Below are positions 8,294-18,500 of a DNA stretch of 46,104 nucleotides, piece by piece. The stretch is from IMG/VR virus record IMGVR_UViG_3300037439_000069, positions 1-46,104 of that record, one strand, 5' to 3'. The position numbers were made by a program, and so were the translations under genes. Source of the stretch: a virus. Taxonomy: Duplodnaviria; Caudoviricetes. Under the pieces are notes generated by a model, which saw only the letters and a program-made list of their open reading frames with translations, was not told the DNA's origin and did not search any database. Within the stretch, counting starts at the first letter, position 1. The number at the start of each line of letters is the position of its first letter.

Positions 8294-10080
8294 TTGATTT
8301 CGACGGAAAGAATCTTCTTGTCACCACGCCTCACGGACGGGGGAATGAAATCAAGGAGGACCTTGGTGGACAATGGGACAAAAATCGCAAAGTGTGGAAA
8401 CTCCCGCCAATTTCGCTCAACGTCCTGAAACTTGTTGAATGGTATGGTACTGATATTCTCGAAGGCGCGCCTGATGAGATACGCGAACTTGCTGAAGAAC
8501 CATGGGGGTTTTCCGGGTTTTCTGATGAAGAACGAGCGATCGCTCTAGGCCACCCGTCGTGGAATACTCTCTACCCATTTCAACAGGAAGGTGTCGAGTA
8601 CTTATATGCCAATCCTCATGGCACGGCGCTCTGCGCACTTTCGTGGGGATTGGGAAAAGGTGCTGTATCAATCGTAGCAGCTGACCTGCTACAGGTCGAG
8701 CGTGTATTGGTGCTGGCGCCACTCACGCTGGCGACCGCATGGGTCGGTGAATTCGAGCGTTGGAGCGCACGCACGCGCGACGTGACGAGGGCAACGGCCG
8801 ACAACCGTGAACCCGGTCCGGGCGTGACGATTGCCAATCATGAGGTCATACAAGAGGTCATTCTTCGCGATGAAGACGGAGAACTTTTCAAACCTGATTG
8901 GGTAACGAACGCACGCGCGGTCAAGCAGTGGCAACGCGACGGTCCTCAAACAGTCGATGCTCGAACACAAAAAGCAAAGCCCGAGCGTCAACGTATTGTT
9001 CGCGTTCGTCGGGACTACCTTGACATCGACTGGGATTTAATCATCATCGATGAATCTGTGCTGCTTAAGAATCGCAAGGCTATAAAGACCAACGTTCTCG
9101 CTCAGCTGCGCAAAGGCCGCGATCCGTTCATCTTTGAACTGTCAGGATCTCCGACGACAAAGTATCGTGACGACTTGTTCCGTCAAATGCAGATCCTTGC
9201 ACCGCGTGCGTTCAAATCGTATTGGCGATTCGCTGAGTTCTTCTGCGTTGTCAATCACGATGGGTGGGGATGGACGATTGAAGGTGACCGTCCTGATCGT
9301 GATCCACATCATTACCTACGAGACTTCATGTGGGTAATGTCCCAGGATCAGGCGCTGCTCGATCTTCCCGAGTACATTGAAAAGCACGTTCCGCTTGATG
9401 CGTTACCTAAGCAACGCAAAGCACTCGATCAAATGTTCAAGGATTGGGTTGTGGAACTGGAGGAGGATCCCGACGCGCTCGTTGCAGACAATTGGCTAGC
9501 ACGTAGCACTCGTTTACAGCAGATCACGTCGAATCTGGGATCGTTGCCGAAACCAAGTGAAGGATTTTTCAAACGAGAGTCGGCAAAAGAAGAACTCCTG
9601 TTCAAGTTCATCGAACAAGGTGACATCGAATATCCTCTTCTCGTCTGGACATGGTATGTGGAAACTACACGTGCCCTCATGGATCGTTTCACGAAAAGCG
9701 CGAAGCACTTGGACGTTGCATCAGTCATTGGTGAGGATTCGCGTAAACAAAAAGAGGATACTATCGCCGCTTTCAAAGGTGGAGAGCTCGATGTCCTCGT
9801 CATGCAGATGAACATCGGGAAGTTCGGTCACACATTTACGGGTACTAAAACCGTGTTCTATCATGATCGTACCTTTGATTCAGACGCATGGGTGCAGTCA
9901 CTGCACCGGGTTCGCCGGATCGGCCTCAAGCATCGCCCGGTACTTATCATACCGGACGTGCTTGATTCGGCCGATCAACTAATTAACGCGAACCTAGAGG
10001 GTAAGCTAGAATCCATCGCACGTATGACAAATGCAGATCTCATGCGACTTCTGCGTAGCTTGTATGTTACCAGTGGCTAA
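8290..10080 (+). CDS. SNF2-family (SF2) helicase
   Basis: LYPFQQEGV, Walker A-like WGLGKG, IIDES, LSGSP and motif VI QSLHRVRRIG. Confidence 0.88.
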   Translation: MIDFDGKNLLVTTPHGRGNEIKEDLGGQWDKNRKVWKLPPISLNVLKLVEWYGTDILEGAPDEIRELAEEPWGFSGFSDEERAIALGHPSWNTLYPFQQEGVEYLYANPHGTALCALSWGLGKGAVSIVAADLLQVERVLVLAPLTLATAWVGEFERWSARTRDVTRATADNREPGPGVTIANHEVIQEVILRDEDGELFKPDWVTNARAVKQWQRDGPQTVDARTQKAKPERQRIVRVRRDYLDIDWDLIIIDESVLLKNRKAIKTNVLAQLRKGRDPFIFELSGSPTTKYRDDLFRQMQILAPRAFKSYWRFAEFFCVVNHDGWGWTIEGDRPDRDPHHYLRDFMWVMSQDQALLDLPEYIEKHVPLDALPKQRKALDQMFKDWVVELEEDPDALVADNWLARSTRLQQITSNLGSLPKPSEGFFKRESAKEELLFKFIEQGDIEYPLLVWTWYVETTRALMDRFTKSAKHLDVASVIGEDSRKQKEDTIAAFKGGELDVLVMQMNIGKFGHTFTGTKTVFYHDRTFDSDAWVQSLHRVRRIGLKHRPVLIIPDVLDSADQLINANLEGKLESIARMTNADLMRLLRSLYVTSG

Positions 10081-10604
10081 GCACATACCCAGTTACCCGC
10101 GCCTGCTCCTCCTGCCCACAGCTCTTTCGCAAAGCGATGATGTGCGAGGCGATCAGCAGCTGACGTTACTGGCCATGGCACATTCCACCCAAGGAACTGA
10201 TATGGTCCCCGCGCGCCTGATGGATTGTACGCAGTCCATGAGTAACCGGATTCACATTTGATCACGTAACACGGGATCGCCCAGCGCCCCGCGCTGCCGC
10301 AGTCATACGGCGTGATGCTGCGGATCTCGACCCGACGACGATGCGCCTGACGTCTGACGTACATCGCATGCCTGTACTTCGCTCGATGCTTGCGCAACGC
10401 GACGCGTGCCCGAGGTTTGATTTGGCATTGAATGATGTGGCCTAACGTTCGCCTTTCAAAGCGAGTCGTTTGACCATGACCCCGAAAAGCCTTACGTGCG
10501 TACTGATGAAACGTAGACTGATCGTGGAGGTGTTGACATTCAACAGGTTTGGCTGGTACTGCATCTGGGACAACGAACATTGACAATGGAGCAAGAAACC
10601 CCAT
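10077..10604 (-). CDS. Rpf/transglycosylase-like domain protein, probably exported
   Basis: C-terminal AIPCYVIKCESG...NPSGARGPYQF...LW.GGAG..NW.C resembles the lysozyme-like resuscitation-promoting-factor domain. Hydrophobic N-terminus. Start is uncertain. Confidence 0.7.
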   Translation of the reverse strand: MGFLAPLSMFVVPDAVPAKPVECQHLHDQSTFHQYARKAFRGHGQTTRFERRTLGHIIQCQIKPRARVALRKHRAKYRHAMYVRRQAHRRRVEIRSITPYDCGSAGRWAIPCYVIKCESGYSWTAYNPSGARGPYQFLGWNVPWPVTSAADRLAHHRFAKELWAGGAGAGNWVCA

Positions 10605-10667
10605 TACTGCTATCGTTGCAACATGAATAGTAAAAACACCATTCCTATATCGGGTTCTATGAATAAC

Positions 10668-10706
10668 ACAAAGCGCCTTGTCAGTTACAACAACAAGACG
10701 CTTTGT
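10668..10706 (-). terminator. Stem-loop downstream of the holin (putative terminator)
   Basis: On the - strand, ACAAAGCGTCTTGT pairs with ACAAGGCGCTTTGT (one G-U pair) and is followed by T-rich sequence. Confidence 0.5.
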
Positions 10707-10718
10707 TTGGACTACAGT

Positions 10719-10937
10719 TTAGAGCTGCCGGGATTCGTGTCGCTGCAAACCTTCGAGCCACTTGTAAATGATTGGCACTACTGCGGCAGCCCCTGCAACA
10801 AAAACGGCTGTCAACTCACCAGCATCTAGATTTGGCGCTCCAGGAAGATGTTCCGCTGCGACGGTAGCAATCCAACCAGCAACTCCGGCAAACACCGGTG
10901 TTAGAAGAACTACGATACGACCAAGATATGCTTCCAT
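10719..10937 (-). CDS. Holin
   Basis: 72 aa with two hydrophobic helices and a charged C-terminus. AAGGAG RBS. Directly follows the endolysins. Confidence 0.75.
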   Translation of the reverse strand: MEAYLGRIVVLLTPVFAGVAGWIATVAAEHLPGAPNLDAGELTAVFVAGAAAVVPIIYKWLEGLQRHESRQL

Positions 10938-10954
10938 GGTACGTCTCCTTTTGG

Positions 10955-11614
10955 TTACGGGCGCGATAGCGCCTTTTCTGTGCAGAAAGATGTGACTCTA
11001 TCAATGTAAGCATTGATATGAGCTTCTTGTGTTGGCAACAACGTCTCGCCACGTGCCAACCGATCGGTCCATGCGGGTGCGTTCCACGACCCAGCAGCTA
11101 GTTTCCATGCATGAGCATGATTACCCACGAATTCTAGGTACACGTTTTTCTTCATACGGGTATGGTTTGCGATTTTTTCAATTGAGTCTGAGACATTGAA
11201 CGCTTCTTCCCACGTTGTGAATCGATCATTTCGTTGCACGATTCCAATATCCCGGGATCCATCATTGTAAGGAGCCGTATGATTTCCAACTAGCCACCCT
11301 GATTCCTTTTCAATTTGTCCTTTAAGCAAATTGATAGGTAACTGATACCGATCACGCCGTGGTATCGCAATAGCGGCCACGATGGCATGTTGCGTTGCTG
11401 GACCCACGATTCCGTCTACGACCAATCCGAAGTTGCGTTGTACAACGAGCGTACGTGCGTGCGTGTCAGGACCAAACACACCGTCCAGCGTTAAATTTTT
11501 TAACGCGGTCTGTAAAGCATACACATCCCACCCAGTTTGATATCGCTTACCTTCAGATACCAATCGCAAAGGACGATAAAGGTACGGCCCATTAGATAGA
11601 ACATACTCAACCAT
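10955..11614 (-). CDS. Endolysin: peptidoglycan-binding domain plus lytic transglycosylase/lysozyme-like domain
   Basis: DGVFGP and VDGIVGPAT PG-binding repeats, followed by KES..GIVQ..SWNA SLT-like motifs. Confidence 0.8.
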   Translation of the reverse strand: MVEYVLSNGPYLYRPLRLVSEGKRYQTGWDVYALQTALKNLTLDGVFGPDTHARTLVVQRNFGLVVDGIVGPATQHAIVAAIAIPRRDRYQLPINLLKGQIEKESGWLVGNHTAPYNDGSRDIGIVQRNDRFTTWEEAFNVSDSIEKIANHTRMKKNVYLEFVGNHAHAWKLAAGSWNAPAWTDRLARGETLLPTQEAHINAYIDRVTSFCTEKALSRP

Positions 11615-11651
11615 CTTTACCTTTCATTTACATACACAAATGATATCAGAA

Positions 11652-12308
11652 TCAGCGCCCTGACACAGAGAAATGAACCGGATCTTGAGCTCCAAGCAGA
11701 TTGTGAAGCGGTGCTCCGATCTCCCGCATGATGCGTCCGAATCGTGCGTAATCCGACACGTCGAGCGCGCCGTTAGGATACCCTTCATTAGCTTCCATGT
11801 TGTGATTTGACGATGCTCCTCCACATCTCCCTGGACACGACGAACGTCCGCACATGTTGTAACACAAGTGAATTGAATAGGCCTCTGAACGAACACCTGA
11901 TACAACTCTCCCAATCCATCCACGCGCACGCGCTCTGTTTAGCCATGGCACCATCCATACAGGAACCGTTTTGTCATCATACGTTGCATAGCCCTTCCCA
12001 TATATAGGCTTGCGTTCCAGTTCACGTTGTGTCTTACGTCGTGACGCAGCCGTTCGTAGCATCTGGCGAGTTGAATATCGTCGCGAATGTGGGTTATTCA
12101 TTCGCCGGACAAGTAGGCTAGTAAATTTGGCATTTCGTTTCTTGCCATAACCAAGGTAGAACTTCACGGTCATGATACGACGCTTGGTCGCATGACCGGT
12201 TACACCGTCCACAATCAATGGAGTAACATTTTCAAGATACTTCTTTGTCCATTTATTTAAACGTCGTTGTCGACGTTTACGTACAGCCTTTGCAATCCTC
12301 TTCAGCAT
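11652..12308 (-). CDS. Second lysin: M15-like zinc peptidase with PG-binding motif
   Basis: IVDGVTG, then SGVRS...SNH...ALD...DPVH (Hedgehog/DD-peptidase Zn-ligand pattern). Confidence 0.7.
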   Translation of the reverse strand: MLKRIAKAVRKRRQRRLNKWTKKYLENVTPLIVDGVTGHATKRRIMTVKFYLGYGKKRNAKFTSLLVRRMNNPHSRRYSTRQMLRTAASRRKTQRELERKPIYGKGYATYDDKTVPVWMVPWLNRARARGWIGRVVSGVRSEAYSIHLCYNMCGRSSCPGRCGGASSNHNMEANEGYPNGALDVSDYARFGRIMREIGAPLHNLLGAQDPVHFSVSGR

Positions 12309-12338
12309 TCTATGCTCCTTAATCTTAAGTGCCTTTTC

Positions 12339-12704
12339 CTATGAAGGACTCACGGCTATAAATGTAAATGGCGTATCAGACAATGAACCGTTTACATCAA
12401 ATATTCGAACCTCAAAAGCATCTGCGGTCAAACTAGTGATATGACATATCCACATCGGTAAAGCACCACTTATTAAAGCAGTAGCAACTGGTATAGGTGG
12501 GTCAGCAAAATCCATGTGATACGCAATACGATAATGTCCAGTGCCTAATTGACTCGATGTAAAACCCGATCCTGCTGCTGTGGTCCCATTTGAATTTATC
12601 ACACCCCGCATAGTACGTATGCTCTTAAGTTCTAAAGCAGCTAATCGGCTCTTTACATTTACAACATCATGAGACACATCAGATGGACGAGGATATTCAC
12701 TCAT
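12339..12704 (-). CDS. Small tail-tip/fibre-associated protein
   Basis: GTGHYRIAY...F..PP.P...F.FIA beta-rich pattern. Last gene of the tail module. Confidence 0.55.
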   Translation of the reverse strand: MSEYPRPSDVSHDVVNVKSRLAALELKSIRTMRGVINSNGTTAAGSGFTSSQLGTGHYRIAYHMDFADPPIPVATALISGALPMWICHITSLTADAFEVRIFDVNGSLSDTPFTFIAVSPS

Positions 12705-13762
12705 TCACCCGCCTCCGTCACCAATTCATGTGTCTCATTGTCATCAGCATCTAACGTTACAGTAATTCCATTCATTCGAGCAGATAATTCTTCAACAGCC
12801 GCACCATCACGTATGTTCAATGATACAGTATCACCAATCCCGTAGTCATCAAACGGTTGAGGAGCAATGTCAGATTCCGGCGTAAAACTAACAACACGCG
12901 TCCACCCACTGCGCAGGAGGTCGAGCGCGCGTTCATCCGCCGTGGCTTGTTCAACGGTGCCATCGGATAGTGATTCAATCATTTCCCAAACACCGAATTG
13001 AGTTATGCTGCTTGGTAAGGTTTTTAATGCGGCAAGTCCTTCTGTTGATATCGTTCGCACACGATTGATGGGTGGACGCCATTCCCGCGCGTACCCATTG
13101 ACATTTGCAAGTGTATCAGGCCCATATCCAAATATAGCATTGAGTTGATCCACACCTTGGTGATTCATGACATTTAGTTCCGCAAGTTTACCATCATTTT
13201 CTAGTGGATCTAGAGGAGCAAATTCAAAATCAGGACCATCTAATACAGCTGCCATTTCTTTAAACGCGGCACCTATGTTTTTGTAATCGTAAATACGATC
13301 TCTGAGTTTGGTAGGCTCAATTGTGCCTAAACGAATACGTGTGTCTGCGATGCTATTCGCGGTATCAACAAGTGACCAAAGGATTGCACCTTGATCAATT
13401 TGCGTGAAGGTCACGCCTACATCAGTGAATCGCCCAGTATTGTCACTGTCACCCATCAAGCGCGCTAAAGGATTGCCGAAAACAACGGTAACTTGCGATC
13501 CGGCTTCATTAACAGTTTCATTTATTCCCATAAGTTCCCCTGCAAATCGTACAATGCCGTCACGAAATACAATCAACAGAGGCGTTTCGCCTGTGGCAAT
13601 GACGTTTATTAAAGCAGCGTACTCAGGATCTAGGTATGACAATTCAAATGTAACTGTATGTTTGTCAGAACGTAAACCCGCAAGTTGACGGGATGGACTG
13701 TTACGAACCTCGATTTGAGGTGATCCTGACGATCTTGCAATAAGCCACGTCCAAGTAGCCAT
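12701..13762 (-). CDS. Minor tail protein (siphovirus Gp37-like hub)
   Basis: Position after the Dit-like gene. DYGIGDTV C-terminal motif typical of actinophage minor tail proteins. Confidence 0.7.
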   Translation of the reverse strand: MATWTWLIARSSGSPQIEVRNSPSRQLAGLRSDKHTVTFELSYLDPEYAALINVIATGETPLLIVFRDGIVRFAGELMGINETVNEAGSQVTVVFGNPLARLMGDSDNTGRFTDVGVTFTQIDQGAILWSLVDTANSIADTRIRLGTIEPTKLRDRIYDYKNIGAAFKEMAAVLDGPDFEFAPLDPLENDGKLAELNVMNHQGVDQLNAIFGYGPDTLANVNGYAREWRPPINRVRTISTEGLAALKTLPSSITQFGVWEMIESLSDGTVEQATADERALDLLRSGWTRVVSFTPESDIAPQPFDDYGIGDTVSLNIRDGAAVEELSARMNGITVTLDADDNETHELVTEAGE

Positions 13763-14716
13763 TTAAACAACCCCATTGTCAGTAACTTGTCGCACAAGTT
13801 CTTCCACAACAAAAACCAACGGATTTGCGGCAGTTGCTTCAAGCGTTGCTGACGCGCTACCAGAGTTCGCCCACCAAGGGGCAAAGAGATGTGATCCAGC
13901 AGCAGGAATTCCCTGCCATGACCACGTTTTACCATCATTAATAGTCATAACAGTAGATAGTGCGTTAAGCAACACACCATCCTGACGAAAGTTTACCTGT
14001 GCGTTGCCGCCCCCGTTTACGGACATACGTCCGGTCATAAGAATTCTAAGTGGTGCTCCTGAACATTCAATTCTAGGATTTAAATTCGTTGCATCTACTG
14101 CCGACTGCGTCGGAGTACTAGCTCCTCGTACGTAATCTCCCGCAGTTCTGGTTATGATATGAAAGGCTCCACGCGCCCATGGACGTCGATCTCGAATTTG
14201 TGAGTTGCTAATTGTAGTATCCGCTGCTGGAACTAAAACATCAGCAACACGAACAGCACTGGTTGGTAACGCGGCTGCTCCATTTCGATTGTCGAGGGTC
14301 GCCCCGCTTGTTGCGGTTCCCGTGACTACTCGACAAACGGCTTTCGTTAAACCGCTGCCATCATGCGCGGCATCTTTAACTTCTACAATAACCTGATCAA
14401 TGCGAGGTAACGTTGCGTGAGCAGTTGCTATATCGAGATTGGTCGTTGTGGAATGCGGGCGCACGACGTACAAACCTTGGTGTGTAACCGTGTCACCTTG
14501 CACACAGATACGGCCTGCCGTAGTAGCAACATCAACGGACAGGTTCGCCCCCGCGCTACGCTCCGACACTTTGTACGCTCCAGCTTCAACAGCGCCTTCT
14601 TGCAAACTAACTCCCCAGAACGCACGATCATCAATGGCATCATACCCACCTGGAAGACCCTGTGCCGAGATCACCGAGTGACCTAAAGAAGGGACAATAT
14701 CTATTGTACTAGCCAT
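13763..14716 (-). CDS. Minor tail protein
   Basis: LSVDVA.G...PRIDQV...VVTGT..SG...P...ADVLVPA...I.DRR pattern of actinophage tail proteins. Confidence 0.7.
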   Translation of the reverse strand: MASTIDIVPSLGHSVISAQGLPGGYDAIDDRAFWGVSLQEGAVEAGAYKVSERSAGANLSVDVATTAGRICVQGDTVTHQGLYVVRPHSTTTNLDIATAHATLPRIDQVIVEVKDAAHDGSGLTKAVCRVVTGTATSGATLDNRNGAAALPTSAVRVADVLVPAADTTISNSQIRDRRPWARGAFHIITRTAGDYVRGASTPTQSAVDATNLNPRIECSGAPLRILMTGRMSVNGGGNAQVNFRQDGVLLNALSTVMTINDGKTWSWQGIPAAGSHLFAPWWANSGSASATLEATAANPLVFVVEELVRQVTDNGVV

Positions 14717-14725
14717 AGTTTTCTC

Positions 14726-15589
14726 CTATGTATAAGCGTCGCGCCAAGTCACTCGTACGAGTGCTGATGCATCAAAATTATTAGCAAACATTTGTACTGT
14801 ATGAGATCCAGGTGCTAAATCAAACCATGACGTAACCGCGTAATTGACAAGATGACGGAGATCGGTCCCGTCGTCAAGAACCACGGTACGAGCATTCATG
14901 TCAATTTCAATCCAACGTCCAGGATCAATGACACCATCTAACCGAAATTCTTCACCAGTTGCTTGCAAAACCAAACGTGGTGTTGTCGCCTGTCCAAAGA
15001 CACGAAACACGGGATAAGCTTCTACCGTCCCGCCAACGGTAAATGCAACAGCACCACCGCCCGCCGGGGTGTAAAAACGTGTGTAAGTATACGGATATAC
15101 TTTTCCACCACCACTAACTGACAGTAACGACCCATCCAAAGTTTGTTCGGCCTGCGCGACGGCACGCGCGTCAGATACCCGCAAGGTTGCCATGTATTCA
15201 ATGAGATCGCGACTACGTTCAATAGGAGGTTCAAGGCTAACCAAACGTACAGATTGTTGCAACGCGCGCTTACCCGTCCACTTCAATAGACGATCAGTGT
15301 CAACCGCACCCGCAAATGCAAGAGCAATTGCTTCATAATGATCCCAGCAGTCTTCAGGTGTCTGTCCAAATATTTGTCCAGCAATAGTAATTGGACGACC
15401 ATCACGAAAACGAGTTCGATTCAAATTACCATGTCGTGAAGGCCGGGCGGTGATAACTTCACGCGCCGTAACGCCAATCAAACCTTCAACGCGGCTGAAT
15501 GTTCGTCCAGCAGGTGAATCGAGTAACACTACTGGTTGACCATCAGGTCCTTCAAGCGTCATTTCTGTTATCATGAATGGTGACAGCAT
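14726..15589 (-). CDS. Distal tail protein (Dit-like)
   Basis: Immediately follows the tape measure gene. GTVEAYP...IEIDM..RTV...WFDLAPG pattern. Confidence 0.75.
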   Translation of the reverse strand: MLSPFMITEMTLEGPDGQPVVLLDSPAGRTFSRVEGLIGVTAREVITARPSRHGNLNRTRFRDGRPITIAGQIFGQTPEDCWDHYEAIALAFAGAVDTDRLLKWTGKRALQQSVRLVSLEPPIERSRDLIEYMATLRVSDARAVAQAEQTLDGSLLSVSGGGKVYPYTYTRFYTPAGGGAVAFTVGGTVEAYPVFRVFGQATTPRLVLQATGEEFRLDGVIDPGRWIEIDMNARTVVLDDGTDLRHLVNYAVTSWFDLAPGSHTVQMFANNFDASALVRVTWRDAYT

Positions 15590-18500
15590 TTACGTAGCCC
15601 CGGTCCTAATTCTCCAAGCAATCTTTGCGGCCCATGCGTCTTCATCGAAAGTCTCACGTACGTTCATCTCACCAATTGCAACGAGCGGGCCACCACGATC
15701 ATCATCACTGACATGTTCCCCGCCGTGTACGACCGCCCACGCTGGCGCTCCGCGTGGCCCGCCAACAACACCACCGCCGGCAAAATTGCCCCCGAATGGC
15801 AATCCTCCAAAGAGGCCACCTTCACCAAATGCAGTATGAACGTGATCGTAATGATCCGCAACCGCGTAAGGTGCCGTACGTTTGCCATTCTTGATCGCCC
15901 ATCCAAGTGGGGAATGAATCAATTCAAGCATCTTACTGCCCATAAGTGTTGCAACGCTATTAGCAAATGTCAACATTTGCCGAGTCGGTTTGGAACTATT
16001 CGAGTAATCTTTTGCTCGATTAACGCCATGGTAACCATCATCACCAGCGCGATAACCAGACGTCATGGATAATCCAGATTTATTTGCCAGGGCACCAATG
16101 ACATCCCATGATGGAGTCATTCCACCAAGCTTCCCGCCGTCATCTCCTGATCCTCCAAATAAACTTTTTATCTTATCCTTAATCCAATCACCAATTTTAC
16201 TAACAGCCCAAGAACCCATTCCCTTAAGCCAATTTGGCAAAAGATCCGCAGGATTTGGTAACTTGTCAAGTAAAAAACTAGCACCTTGTGAAAACAACTT
16301 ACCAAGCACACCACCTAATGCACCAACAATATCTCCAATGCCACCTCCTTCTGGACCTCCACCAACATATTGAGCGGCTTGTGAAGCAACCTGATCATAC
16401 CGATCTGGGTACGCTGAACCTTGCACTTGTTGTGCAATCCATCCTGGTGAAAATCCCGAATACTGTGTAGCTAAATCAATCGCTCCTCCTCGGCCCCAAA
16501 ATCCTCGCTGCAAAAAGGCCATAGCAACTTGTCCAGGATTCATCGGATCAATCCCCATCGGCCCTGCCGTTGATCTACGAACTTGCAATGCACCTACAGA
16601 ATCAGCGTGTCCATAATTTAAATTACGAAGTCCTGACTCAACAATGCCTGCCATAAACAAAGCAAGCTTTGCTATACGGCCTGCTCCAGATCGATTCGCC
16701 GCACGATTAAAAGCACTAACCACACCACCTTCAGCAAATCCTATTTTATTAGCCGCTAGCGCAAGGAGTTCGCGCGCTCGCCCTCGATACGATGGATTCG
16801 TCGGTATTACGAATTCTGGATGTCGTGGAGCTTCTTCACCCATGAGTGCAATAGGGGCGCGGACAAATCCACCTGTACGACCAAATGCACCGCCGCGAGC
16901 GAATTCATCAGCGCCCGCAGATGATGCTTTGGCACCAAGCGGTTTGATCTTCCCGATGTCAACGCCTGGGATCTTGTTAATGACCCCGATAATCTTGTTA
17001 ACGAAATTAATGACCTTATTAACAGCACCTCGAAATGCATTGACAATTACATCTTTGACATTGCCTGCAAAGTTTTTTGCGGTATCAACAATGGATGAGA
17101 ATCCATTGGATACCTGATCTCGCAAGGTTCGGATCCTACTTATGACCCACTCTGCCGCTGAACGTATCGGATTAATGATAAGTTCTTTAATTCGTTGCCA
17201 TGCGTTGTTAGTATTCTCTCGTATTCCCGTCCATACGTTTGCAATACGCTCACGTATGGCTCCTACAACGTTACTTACAATTTCACGAATCGTTCGCACA
17301 GGATTCGTGACAAGTTCTTTAATTCGTTGCCACGCGTTGCTAGTATTCTCTCGTATTCCGGTCCACACGTTAGTTATACGTGAACGTATAGCCCCTACAA
17401 TGTCACTAACAACGTCACGAATCGCGCGCGCGGGCTTCGTGACAAGTTCTTTAATGCGTTGCCAAGCGTCTTGAGTAAAGTTTCGTATTCCAGAAACGTT
17501 TGTAATTATTGTTTTACTTATCGCAGACCATATGGCGCGAGTGACGTTTCGTATAGCGTTCCAAGCGTTACTAACGCCATTTTTAATCCTTTCTAGTACA
17601 TTTGACAAGAAAGTTTTAATCTTATCCCAATTATTGACGATTAGAATACCAACGGCAATGGTTGCTGCTATAACTGACAAGTAAGGATTTGCCATCATGA
17701 GAAGTTTTAAGGCTATGAACATTGCCTTCACTTTGCTGAGTGCGAAGAGTAACCCTCCCGTGCCAATCAGCACCATGATGAATGTCTTAACAGGACCTGG
17801 AATCTTTCCCAAGTTGTCCGTAACCCAGATCAATACATTTGCCAATTTGGTTAACCCATCAAAGACCATCATCGATGGCCGTTCTAACGCAAGCATGCCA
17901 CGATTTTTCAGGATCTGCAACTTTTCGGAGAAGTCCATTGTATCTTCTCCGGTGCCAATGATTGTTTCGCGTCCGCCATTCATCTGCTTAATGAGGTCAT
18001 TCAACTCGAAACGACCTTCACGAATTGCAGCAGCCATGTCAGGACCAGCGCGCGCTCCAAACACTTGGAACGCAAGTGCGTTGGCTTTCATCGTCGTCGG
18101 AGCATCTTTTATCGCCTTCATGATCGCGCGAAGTGCTACGTCAGGATCCTTTCCAGCGACACCTAGTTCCTTCAATTTCTTTTTCAGATCATCGGTTGGA
18201 ACTGAGAGGTTCTTAAGTGCCATCTTCAAACCAGGCATCAGGGTCTGAATATTGACGCCTTCCTTCTCAAACTTTGCGAACATCGCTGCAGCTGTATCGA
18301 AGTTAAGTCCTAACTGACGCAAGGGTGAACCGAAACGCACCATGTGACCTGATAGTTCAGTTACTCCGATGCCAGTTTTCTGTGAAAGACGAAACAACTT
18401 ATCAAGAACAGGTCCCTGTTGATTCATCTTGATGCCCCAATCACCATATAGACGTGTGACAACCTTGATTGATTCACCAAGATCCTCGCCTGTAATTCGG

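Noticed and set aside
8620-8670. Inactive helicase because Walker A reads WGLGKG
   Set aside because: The catalytic Lys, the DE of motif II and the motif VI arginines are present. The variation alone is not enough to claim inactivity.
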